Assembly (NCBI GenBank): GCA_944350485.1
Contig: CALVPE010000074.1
Span: 13,989 to 77,988, forward strand
Length of the DNA stretch: 64,000 nucleotides
Direction of reading: 5' to 3'
From: an uncultured Bacilli bacterium
Lineage (GTDB): Bacteria; Bacillota_I; Bacilli_A; RF39; UBA660
Shown: piece by piece, positions 1-8,321 of the stretch
Position numbering within the stretch: the first letter of the stretch is position 1
How the letters are laid out: the number at the start of each line of letters is the position of its first letter
Made by a program: the position numbers and the translations under genes
Notes under the pieces: generated by a model
The model's input: the letters and a program-made list of their open reading frames with translations, nothing else
The model's database searches: none
Told to the model about the DNA's origin: nothing

Positions 1-550
1 TTTCATCTAATAATAATTGAGCGACTGGTTTGCCAACTATATTTGAGCGACCAATAACACATACATTTTTACCCGTTAAATCTTCATTTATAGATTTAAT
101 TAATTTTACACAACCTTTTGGAGTACATGGTAATAATGACTTTTCTATATCAAAATCTCCAACGAATAATTTTCCAATATTTATTGGATGGAAACAATCA
201 ACATCTTTGTATGGATTAATTTTTTCTATAATTTTAGTAGTATTGATATGTTTAGGAAGTGGTAATTGAACTAAAATTCCATTCACTTCATCATTATTAT
301 TTAATTTTTCAATAATTTTAATTAATTCTTCTTCTGGTGTTTCTTGTGGCAATTCATATTTTAAAGATTTAATACCACATTTTTCACAAGCTTTTTCTTT
401 ATTTTTTACATATACTTTACTAGCTGGATCATCACCAACTATGATAACGGCAAGACAAGGTATTTTATTGCATTCATTTTTGATTTCATCAATTTTTTCT
501 TTAAGATTAGCTTTTATTTTATTTGCTAATTCTGTTCCACTAATAATCAT
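1..550 (-). CDS. folD: Bifunctional methylenetetrahydrofolate dehydrogenase/cyclohydrolase FolD, N-terminal ~183 aa. Gene continues past the left edge
   Basis: Minus-strand translation from ATG at 550: MIISGTELANKIKANLKEKIDEIK...GILVQLPLPKHI...GKNVCVIGRSNIVGKPVAQLLLDE. Classic FolD motifs. Not in the ORF track because there is no stop within the window. Confidence 0.85.
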   Translation of the reverse strand, partial: MIISGTELANKIKANLKEKIDEIKNECNKIPCLAVIIVGDDPASKVYVKNKEKACEKCGIKSLKYELPQETPEEELIKIIEKLNNNDEVNGILVQLPLPKHINTTKIIEKINPYKDVDCFHPINIGKLFVGDFDIEKSLLPCTPKGCVKLIKSINEDLTGKNVCVIGRSNIVGKPVAQLLLDE

Positions 551-722
551 GATTTCTTAAAAATATTAATATATTATAATATTAATATTAAAATATTTTT
601 TGTCAATGAAAAAACTCGGGAGCCACATTAAACTAGTATAAACTAAATAATGATACCTACACCGAGTATAGTATTTAATAATAAATCATAAATGCCACCA
701 TAACTAATGTAAGATATATTTT

Positions 723-971
723 TTAAATGTCAAGTCTTTTTTCCTTTAAGAATTGTTTAACATATTCTCTCTCTTCTAATATACTTTTAATTTTTTTGTT
801 ATGTGCTTCATAACCACCTTCATTATTAAAAATTAATGTTGTAATATCATTAGAAGGCTTAAAAGTTAATAAAAATTCTTCTTCAATATTCAATTGAATA
901 TTTAATTTTTCTATTTTATCTTTTGCTTGCTCCTTTGTATATTTCTTTCTATATCTCATTTTCTTTATCAT
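723..971 (-). CDS. hypothetical protein
   Basis: ORF only. Basic N-terminus. Confidence 0.35.
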   Translation of the reverse strand: MIKKMRYRKKYTKEQAKDKIEKLNIQLNIEEEFLLTFKPSNDITTLIFNNEGGYEAHNKKIKSILEEREYVKQFLKEKRLDI

Positions 972-1215
972 TTATTGCTAATATAAATTCTATTTCTGTT
1001 ATTGCTTTTTTTAAATCACTTTCTTTCTGTCCTTTAAAATTAGATCGCAATAAATATTCAACAGCATTAGAAAAATAATTAAATTCCATTCTGGAACATT
1101 CAATATTATTTTCTTTTAGTTTATTATCTACTGCTTGTAATATATTATTTACATCACAATCAACACCTTTTATATTAAATTGATAATGATTGTTTAAATT
1201 ATTATTTTTTTTCAT
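949..1215 (-). CDS. hypothetical protein
   Basis: ORF only. Overlaps the downstream ORF in operon fashion. Confidence 0.35.
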   Translation of the reverse strand: MKKNNNLNNHYQFNIKGVDCDVNNILQAVDNKLKENNIECSRMEFNYFSNAVEYLLRSNFKGQKESDLKKAITEIEFILAINDKENEI

Positions 1216-1265
1216 AATTTTTACCTTTATTTTTTTAAATATTTTTTTAAAAAAGAAATAATGTT

Positions 1266-2561
1266 TTATTTTTTTTCTATCTCTTTAATGTAATCAAAAA
1301 CACTATCCGAAAATCCAGATATATGTATATATCCTTGCTTGTAACCAACACCCCTTTGACAAGTTGAGACATTTATGATATAACTTTTTTCTGTCATTGC
1401 ATTTGGAATGGTATCTGATGTTTGTTCGTCTGTTATAATAATAATTCTATCATATTTAGTTTTTTTGTTAATAGAATTTAATGATTCTCCTAAATTTGTT
1501 CCCCAATGTCCTTGAGAATAATTTATAGCATCTCTTAAAGCAAATCCCCTTCTACTAGGAACTAATTTTTCTATTTGACTAAAAGTCCAAATTTCAACAT
1601 ATTCACTAATTTCTCTACCTATCATAGCTAATGAACAAGCATAATCTAAACAAGAAAATTTACTATTTTTTGAAGTACATTCCATAGAACCAGATACATC
1701 AACCAAAATAAGTGTTTTTCCAGAAATTTTATCTTTATTTTTACTCATATTTTTTAAAAATACTTTTTCTATTTCACTTTCAAAATTTGGATTCATAATA
1801 CCGGCTCTTATATAGTCAATAGGTAATAGCTTGTTTAAAGATATTTTTGATATTCTATCTTTTATTAATTTTTTATCAACACCACTTCTTGAAATTCCAG
1901 CAATATTTTTTAAGAAAGCCATATCAGGTATTTTATTTTTTAGAAGTAATTTTTCCCAAGCATTCTTCTTTTTTTCTATATCACTTCCAGCTTCTGATAT
2001 TAATACTTCCCATGTTTCTGGTGTTTTTAATGTTCCATTCATTAGTTTATTTATTGCTTCTGTTGGTTTTGGATGACATAAATTAGCAATATCTACCAAA
2101 TTATATTCTGCTTTTCTATTCCATTTTGCTAATTGAAATTCATCAAATTTAGTAAAAGCTTTTGCTAAACCTTTTTTAATTGAATTTGAAAGAGAATAAT
2201 TATTAGTTTTATATAAAGCTAAAAGCTCTCCCATGTCATCTGGCCTAGTTACAATTTCTTCAATTAAATCTTTTAAACCAGTTACACCTTTTGCTAATAA
2301 ACAACTAATCATATATAATGGGCAATGTCTAAGTTTCATATCAAACTTAGCTTTTTTAATTAAATCTATTATTTTTTGATTATCATTTATTGAATTTATG
2401 AGTGTTTGTATTCTTTCTGAAACTGATATTCCATTTTCATAAAAGCCATCTTCCCATAATAAACAAGCACAAACTGTTCTTTCAAGTTCTTCAAAAGCAT
2501 TTATTTTTGAAGCCTTACCATTTTCATAAGTAGTTAAAGTATTTTTTTTGTTTTTTTTCAT
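1266..2561 (-). CDS. Ro60/Rsr-like protein: TROVE-like N-terminal region plus C-terminal von Willebrand A domain
   Basis: C-terminal vWA MIDAS motif LILVDVSGSM...IIIITDEQT. N-terminal ...RTVCACLLWEDGFYENG...LPIDYIRAGI... parallels Ro60 FLCFGSEGGTYY.../...IHPFHILIAL.../LLAVDVSASM by eye. Confidence 0.55.
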   Translation of the reverse strand: MKKNKKNTLTTYENGKASKINAFEELERTVCACLLWEDGFYENGISVSERIQTLINSINDNQKIIDLIKKAKFDMKLRHCPLYMISCLLAKGVTGLKDLIEEIVTRPDDMGELLALYKTNNYSLSNSIKKGLAKAFTKFDEFQLAKWNRKAEYNLVDIANLCHPKPTEAINKLMNGTLKTPETWEVLISEAGSDIEKKKNAWEKLLLKNKIPDMAFLKNIAGISRSGVDKKLIKDRISKISLNKLLPIDYIRAGIMNPNFESEIEKVFLKNMSKNKDKISGKTLILVDVSGSMECTSKNSKFSCLDYACSLAMIGREISEYVEIWTFSQIEKLVPSRRGFALRDAINYSQGHWGTNLGESLNSINKKTKYDRIIIITDEQTSDTIPNAMTEKSYIINVSTCQRGVGYKQGYIHISGFSDSVFDYIKEIEKK

Positions 2562-2772
2562 TTTTTTTCCTATTGTTAATTAATAAATAGCAATAGGTTT
2601 TTCTTTAATCATTTTTGTGAAGAAAATTTTATTAAGTTATATAATATAATTACCCAAATATATGTAAACCTAATATTCACTATCACAAAAAATATAGCAA
2701 AGAATAACAAAAAAGATTTTTTAAAAATATACCTTATACTATGTAAATCTTTTTTTCACTATTGCTATACAT

Positions 2773-2801
2773 ATTTTAAAAAACTATTTTTTATTTGTCA
2801 A
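2773..2801 (-). promoter_or_regulatory. sigma70-like promoter (TTGACA-17-TAAAAT) for the Ro60-like gene
   Basis: Minus-strand TTGACAaataaaaaatagtttttTAAAAT, about 200 nt upstream of the start at 2561. Confidence 0.5.
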
Positions 2802-2808
2802 ATATTTT

Positions 2809-3423
2809 TTAATTAAACCATCTAACAATTGGTTCACCTTTAAAACCTTTTTGCCATACAAACCAAGCATAGCAAACAGCAGAACTACCAATATTAGAAA
2901 AATCACCATTCATAGCACATTTAATTCTAGATGAAGACACAAAAATATATTTTGGTGGATTGTTTTCAAAAAACTTTTTTCTTTCTTTACCTTCTAAAAA
3001 TTGAATTTTTAAAAACATACAAACATATCTACCTTCTTCAATTAATTCTAATGAGTGTTTACAAAAATCTAATGCCATAGAATATGGTGGATTAGTTACA
3101 ATATCACCATTCCATTTATTCTGTATCATTAAAAAATCTTCTCCATATCTATATGAAATACTAGGATAATAACCTCTATCAATTAAATCTGTTGCTAAAC
3201 CTAATTTGTTATGATCTTCAAATACTTTTGCTAAATGTCCACCACCCACACAATTCTCCCAAATATTATCTAATTGTGGCATTAATTCTAATAACATTTC
3301 ACCAGCTTTTGGGTCTGTTGCATAAAAAGCATTTTTTTCATAATCATGTTCGCAATGACTATTTGCACCTAAACATTTAAAAATAGAATTTTTATCTCCT
3401 GTCCAGTCTTTATTTTGTGTCAT
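2809..3423 (-). CDS. DNA methyltransferase (N6-adenine/N4-cytosine type, NPPY motif)
   Basis: DIVTNPPYS catalytic motif IV. Confidence 0.65.
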   Translation of the reverse strand: MTQNKDWTGDKNSIFKCLGANSHCEHDYEKNAFYATDPKAGEMLLELMPQLDNIWENCVGGGHLAKVFEDHNKLGLATDLIDRGYYPSISYRYGEDFLMIQNKWNGDIVTNPPYSMALDFCKHSLELIEEGRYVCMFLKIQFLEGKERKKFFENNPPKYIFVSSSRIKCAMNGDFSNIGSSAVCYAWFVWQKGFKGEPIVRWFN

Positions 3424-3434
3424 TTTTATTTTAA

Positions 3435-3884
3435 TTATTTATTAATAATAAAATTATAATGATTATTTGAATAAAAATATTTAAAAAGCCAAGATTCTTT
3501 TCTCATTATAGTATTTTGATACCAATCTCCTTCATTTTCTTCATTATTTTCAAAAAATTTATTAACAACTTTTCCATTATCTAAAACAATAGTTAATATT
3601 TGTCTAACTATTAATTTAAATTGACCTTTTAAAATTTTTATTTTATCTAATAAATCGCATAATATATCATTATTTTCATTTAATATAATATAAATTAATT
3701 CATGAATATTTATTCTATTAACTATATAAACATGTGTTAAATGTTTTATACTATCTTTGTTTTTTTCTTCATCTTCAACTTTTATGCAAAACTTACTAGA
3801 TTTAATTTCTACATTATCAATCATAATTTTTTCGGTTTCTTTATCAATTACACTACAATAATATATAAAATTATACTCTTTCAT
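3435..3884 (-). CDS. hypothetical protein
   Basis: ORF only. Confidence 0.35.
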   Translation of the reverse strand: MKEYNFIYYCSVIDKETEKIMIDNVEIKSSKFCIKVEDEEKNKDSIKHLTHVYIVNRINIHELIYIILNENNDILCDLLDKIKILKGQFKLIVRQILTIVLDNGKVVNKFFENNEENEGDWYQNTIMRKESWLFKYFYSNNHYNFIINK

Positions 3885-3892
3885 TTCTTTTT

Positions 3893-4618
3893 TTAATTAT
3901 TTAACAATCTTTCATTCATAATATTATAATAAAAATTATTAATTTCAATACCTATAAAATTTCTATTGGTATTTTTGCATGCTATACCTGTTGAACCAGC
4001 ACCAGCAAAACAATCTAAGACTAAATCATTTTCTTTTGTTGTTAGTTTGATTAAAATTTCTAATAATTTTATATTTTTTTCATTAGGATGCAAATTTTTT
4101 GATGCTCTTTTCTCTGTTGCAAAACATATTTTAGTATCCCAAAAGTTAGGATAAGCATAAGTAAATGGTTTAGGATTTTTATTTCTTTTATCTTTTAACC
4201 ATTCTTTTGAAGTAGGTATGAAATCAACTTCATTTAATGGTTTTCCCTTTCCTTTTGAAAATACTAAAATTGGTTGAAATTGAAATCCAAAATTATTTTT
4301 AGGACTAGGTGATCCATTATAAAAAGAACGAGTTGCTATAATGTTTTTATAATTAAATCCAGCTTTAATACCTTCTTGTATCCAATAATGAATTGTTTTT
4401 ACACCAACAAATAAAATCAAATAAGAATCTTCCTTTAATATTCTATACCATTCTTTATACCATAAAGGCATTTGTTCTAAAATATTAGATAATGAATCAT
4501 CATAGAAATTGTTTTTAAAATTAACTCCATATGGTGGGTCTGTTAATATTAAATCTATACTATTGTTGGATATATCTTTTATTATATCTAAACAATCACC
4601 ATTATATAAACCTGTCAT
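3893..4618 (-). CDS. DNA methyltransferase, beta-class (N-terminal DPPY, C-terminal FxGxG)
   Basis: LILTDPPYG near the N-terminus and DCFAGAGSTGIAC near the C-terminus. This is the circularly permuted beta-class N4/N6 MTase layout. Confidence 0.8.
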   Translation of the reverse strand: MTGLYNGDCLDIIKDISNNSIDLILTDPPYGVNFKNNFYDDSLSNILEQMPLWYKEWYRILKEDSYLILFVGVKTIHYWIQEGIKAGFNYKNIIATRSFYNGSPSPKNNFGFQFQPILVFSKGKGKPLNEVDFIPTSKEWLKDKRNKNPKPFTYAYPNFWDTKICFATEKRASKNLHPNEKNIKLLEILIKLTTKENDLVLDCFAGAGSTGIACKNTNRNFIGIEINNFYYNIMNERLLNN

Positions 4619-4930
4619 TAAGATACTATTCCTTTATATTGTTAATATTTTTGCCATATAATTCATAATATTTTTCTATATTATCACAAATATTTATAGT
4701 ATATATTGTATATTCAGAACAATATCTTCTTCTTCCTACTAAACATTTATAAATTTGTTTTTCTATTTTATTATTAGATTTATTGCATAATTCTATTAAT
4801 TTTTCTTTTTCTATTTTTGTTTGTTTATTAACTTTAATAGAACTAACAATTGTAAGAAAAATTCCTAAAAATAAAATAATATATGAAAAAGTTAATGTAA
4901 ACTTTATTGCATTTATTTTTATAAAACCCC

Positions 4931-5371
4931 CTAATATTCAGTTTTTTTATGTATAGTTTTCCATTGATTAGCTTTTTTCCATTCAATGTAATCAAAATAA
5001 TTTCTACAACCACTTTTACCAAAAAGACCTTTCCAATATGTCATTGGTTCATTTTTTAAAAGATTAGAATATTGTTCTAATATATATAAAATATTTTTAT
5101 GTTCTACTTTTTTTCTTAATTTATATTCTTGTAAGTAGGCTTTTAATAAGTTTAACAACCACAAAACATTACCATTACTTTCTTGTAGCCATTTTTGACA
5201 AGGATGATTTTGATAACATTCTTTATATAATCTATTATCTTCAACACCCTTTAATCTAAAAAAAGTGCTTAACAATTGTGTTGTTTCTAAAATCATTTTA
5301 TTTAATAAGATATCATCTAATTCTTTTGCATTAGCTTCAAAATTATTTATATAAAACATGAATATATTCAA
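4931..5371 (-). CDS. hypothetical protein with weak resemblance to the T4 endonuclease V (DenV) pyrimidine-dimer glycosylase family
   Basis: Size about 146 aa. C-terminal PMTYWKGLFGK resembles the endoV C-terminal PTWYKYYGK. The N-terminal catalytic region is not convincingly matched. Confidence 0.3.
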   Translation of the reverse strand: MNIFMFYINNFEANAKELDDILLNKMILETTQLLSTFFRLKGVEDNRLYKECYQNHPCQKWLQESNGNVLWLLNLLKAYLQEYKLRKKVEHKNILYILEQYSNLLKNEPMTYWKGLFGKSGCRNYFDYIEWKKANQWKTIHKKTEY

Positions 5372-5462
5372 ATTAATTCCTTGTTATTTTTTATAATATT
5401 AAAACCATTTTTTTAAAAGTCAATATAATATCTATATTTTATTGTTAGTCAACTACCCCCAG

Positions 5463-6622
5463 CTAAAGCAAGGAGCTTGTCAGTTCACAGTGAGAAACAA
5501 CTTTCTCAACTCCCTGACCATAAAGGGACGTTGCATCCCCATATTTTCCATAATTGAGTATATTTACAGAAGCATTATAATCTCTATTATGAATAGTGCC
5601 ACAATTAGGACAAGTCCATTCTCTAATAGATAAATCTTTTACTTTATCATTTTTATAACCACAATGATTACAAATTTGACTAGAAGCAAAAATCTATCTA
5701 CTTTTTTTATAGTTCTTCCATACATTTTTGCTTTGTATTCTAACATACTAACAAATTTACTAAAACTACATTCCATTATCTTTTCTGCTAATTTATAATT
5801 TTTAATCATCCCACTAACATTAAGATTTTCAAGATATATAACTTGGTTCTCGTTTATAATATCTTTACTAATATTATGTAGATAATTATTTTTTATATTT
5901 TCAATTTTTTCATATATTTTTGTTAATTTTAATCTTGTTTGTTTTCTTCTATTACTTCCTTTTTTTCTTCTCATTAATTCTCTTTGTGTTCTTTTTAGTT
6001 TCTTTTTTAATTTAATTTGTTTTTTATCTTTCATTATGTTTTTATATGTTTTACCATTAGAGCAAACTAATAATTCCTTTATTCCTAAATCAATTCCAAT
6101 TTCATTTTTAGTAATTGATAAATATTTTCTATTTTCTTCAACTAATATAGAAACAAAATATTTGTTAGTTGGTGTTTTTGATATTGTAACACTTTTTATA
6201 TTTCCTTTTACTTCTCTATGTTTTTTTATTTTAACATATTTTATTTTTGGCAATTTTATTTTATTATTTTGTAATTTTATATTGTTATTGACATTGTTAG
6301 TTTTATATGTTTGCTTTCCATTTTTACTATGAAATTTTGGTAATCTTTGTTTTCCTTTATAAAAATTCTTATAAGCAGTCTCTAAATCAATTTTAGCATT
6401 ACATAATGCTAAACTATCAATATCTTTTAACCATTTATATTTTTCTTTGTAATATGATAAAGAAAATAATTTTCTCTGTATTCCATATTCTTTATATTCA
6501 TTATAATTATAATTACTTTGTTCTAAATATTTATTATATATAAATCTAGTAGCACCAAAACATTTCTCAAAATATTCTTTTTGAGTTTTATTTGGATATA
6601 ATCTAAATTTATATGCTAACAT
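5463..6622 (-). pseudogene. tnpB: tnpB (TnpB/OMEGA RNA-guided nuclease family) interrupted by a 1-nt frameshift in a homopolymer run
   Basis: N-terminal MLAYKFRLYPNKTQKEYFEKCFGATRFIYNKYL is canonical TnpB. The ORF in the track stops at 5639. One T added to the T5 run (plus-strand A-run around 5688-5692) restores ...[52 protein letters not shown]..., the zinc finger plus RuvC-III, ending at 5463. Confidence 0.8.
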
Positions 6623-7080
6623 TATTTTTCCTGTTCTTCTATATACTTTACTAATTTTTGTAAACTAATATTTCCACTTGTTGCTAAATAATAACTATTG
6701 CTCCAAAAATGTTTACCCCATAACTTATCTGCTAAATATTGTTTATATTTATTTCTTATATATTTACTTGTTGACCCTTTTATAGTATTTATATATTTTT
6801 TTATGTCTAATGTAGGTTTTGTTTTTATCATTATATGTATATGGTCTTTATCAACTTCTTGTTCTATAACTTCAACATCAAAATTTTTTGATAAATCAAT
6901 TATTTTTGTTTTTAAATCATCTACAAGTTTATTATTATCAAATATTTTTTTTCTATATTTTACTACTAATATCAAATGATATATTAGTAAAAAAACAGAA
7001 TTACAACTTTTATCTAATTTATTCATATTTATTTTTTTTGTTATACTAATATTATAATAACCAAAAATATAAAAAGTCAA
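6622..7080 (-). CDS. tnpA: IS200-like Y1 (HuH) transposase TnpA
   Basis: HIHIMI (HuH motif) and SNSYYLATSGN. Size 152 aa. Confidence 0.85.
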   Translation of the reverse strand: MTFYIFGYYNISITKKINMNKLDKSCNSVFLLIYHLILVVKYRKKIFDNNKLVDDLKTKIIDLSKNFDVEVIEQEVDKDHIHIMIKTKPTLDIKKYINTIKGSTSKYIRNKYKQYLADKLWGKHFWSNSYYLATSGNISLQKLVKYIEEQEK

Positions 7081-7263
7081 GAAAATATTTTATTTTTAGC
7101 AATTTATCCCCCACTTAAAAGCAGGGGAATTCTTGCTATCTTACATTTAAATTTTTAATACTTTTATAAACATATTCTAAAAAGCTTATAAGCAATAAAA
7201 TTGGAATAACAAATAATTGCAATATAAATTCCAATATATCTATTATATAATGTATTATCTTTT

Positions 7264-7758
7264 TTAAATCTTCTTGCATATATTAAAATTATTAGTAATA
7301 ATTATTTCATCTTGTTTATTATATTTAAAATAATCTGATAAAATTTTTAAAGCTTGTTTACTATTAAAAACTAAACCTTGTTCTTCATCACAAGACAAAC
7401 CTACTAAAATACATCCCCTTGAATCACATCTCCAACAGTTGCCTTTTTTATCTTTAAAATATCTAACACTATTTCCGGCATGTATTCTAATATATTTTCT
7501 TATATTTTTAACATTATGATTATCATCATATTCTATACAGGCATCTAAACCATTATTTTCAACTTTTACACATTCACCAAATGTATAGCTTTTAAAATAT
7601 TTTCCAATATATTTACCTTCTGGTATTGATGAAATATTATTTTGATTATTTTTATAAGGTAATTCCAATGTAAAAATATTTACTTTTTTTTCACCTAAAT
7701 TGTTTATTTTTCCAATTATAAAATTATTATTAATTATATATCTATCTATTTTTATCAT
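7264..7758 (-). CDS. YkuD/L,D-transpeptidase-fold-like protein (possible cell-wall-active enzyme)
   Basis: RIHAGN...(about 20 aa)...SRGCILVG reproduces the L,D-transpeptidase His ... S-x-G-C-[IV] catalytic arrangement. Own sigma70-like promoter at about 7775-7815. Confidence 0.35.
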   Translation of the reverse strand: MIKIDRYIINNNFIIGKINNLGEKKVNIFTLELPYKNNQNNISSIPEGKYIGKYFKSYTFGECVKVENNGLDACIEYDDNHNVKNIRKYIRIHAGNSVRYFKDKKGNCWRCDSRGCILVGLSCDEEQGLVFNSKQALKILSDYFKYNKQDEIIITNNFNICKKI

Positions 7759-7837
7759 AACAAAAACAAAATTAGTATAATAATATATATTATATTATAA
7801 TTTTATTAAGTCAATATTTATAGGTAAAATATTTTAC

Positions 7838-8314
7838 CTATTTTTTACCTTTATTTACCTTTTCAAGATTTTTTAAATATAAATATTTTTGTTTTCTTAA
7901 TTCTTTTTGTTTTTTTAAAATATTTTTTTCATATTCAGTTTTTTCCCTTTTTATTTTAGGCTTATGAATTAAATTTTTATTTTTTGTATTAATAGTTATT
8001 TTTTTTCCAGAAAGTTCCTGATATTTATTAATCATAAATTCATCAATAGTCAATATATTATCTTGTAAAAAATCTTTAATATTATTTGTATTATTAATTA
8101 TTTCTGGTTCTTTTAAAAAACCATCATGTATTTTTCTATGACAACACATACAAACTGGCAATATATTTTTTTCATCCCAGCGATATAATAAATTTGCTCT
8201 TCTAATTATATGATGACCTACAACATTTTTTGTAGTTCCACAATAATAACATCGTTTTTTACTAGCTCTTTCTTGTATTATTTGATCTAATTTTTTCATT
8301 AAATTTTTATTCAT
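7838..8314 (-). CDS. HNH endonuclease
   Basis: CYYCG...VGHHIIRR...CMCCHRKIH (Cys4 plus HNH). Confidence 0.8.
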   Translation of the reverse strand: MNKNLMKKLDQIIQERASKKRCYYCGTTKNVVGHHIIRRANLLYRWDEKNILPVCMCCHRKIHDGFLKEPEIINNTNNIKDFLQDNILTIDEFMINKYQELSGKKITINTKNKNLIHKPKIKREKTEYEKNILKKQKELRKQKYLYLKNLEKVNKGKK

Positions 8315-8321
8315 AATATTC

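Larger units (their letters stand above)
5450..7140 (-). mobile_element. IS200/IS605-family insertion sequence (tnpA + tnpB, IS605/IS608-like layout). Boundaries approximate
   Basis: Y1 HuH transposase plus TnpB in the same orientation. Both ends carry similar GC-rich subterminal hairpin sequences: CCCCCACTTAAAAGCAGGGG at 7108-7127 and CCCCCAGCTAAAGCAAGGAG at 5456-5475. These are GC islands in AT-rich DNA. Confidence 0.8.

Noticed and set aside
30-269. 79-aa plus-strand ORF at the left edge
   Set aside because: Lies antisense to the well-supported folD reading frame on the minus strand. AT-rich antisense ORFs of this size are expected by chance.
1831-2086. Two overlapping plus-strand ORFs (81 and 79 aa) inside the Ro60-like gene
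   Set aside because: Antisense to a strongly supported CDS. Low-complexity Phe/Leu/Ile-rich translation typical of AT-rich antisense frames.
2562-2808. Intergenic region next to the Ro60-like gene considered as a Y-RNA locus
   Set aside because: Essentially pure A/T with no GC-paired stem or tRNA-like T-arm. It contains the gene's sigma70-like promoter instead.
5442-5633. 63-aa plus-strand ORF over the GC-rich IS end
   Set aside because: It is the antisense of the frameshifted tnpB C-terminus and its omega-RNA-like region. The opposite-strand reading gives the canonical TnpB zinc finger.
6036-6979. Plus-strand ORFs (98 aa, 93 aa) inside tnpB/tnpA
   Set aside because: Antisense to recognisable transposase genes. 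Hydrophobic low-complexity translation.
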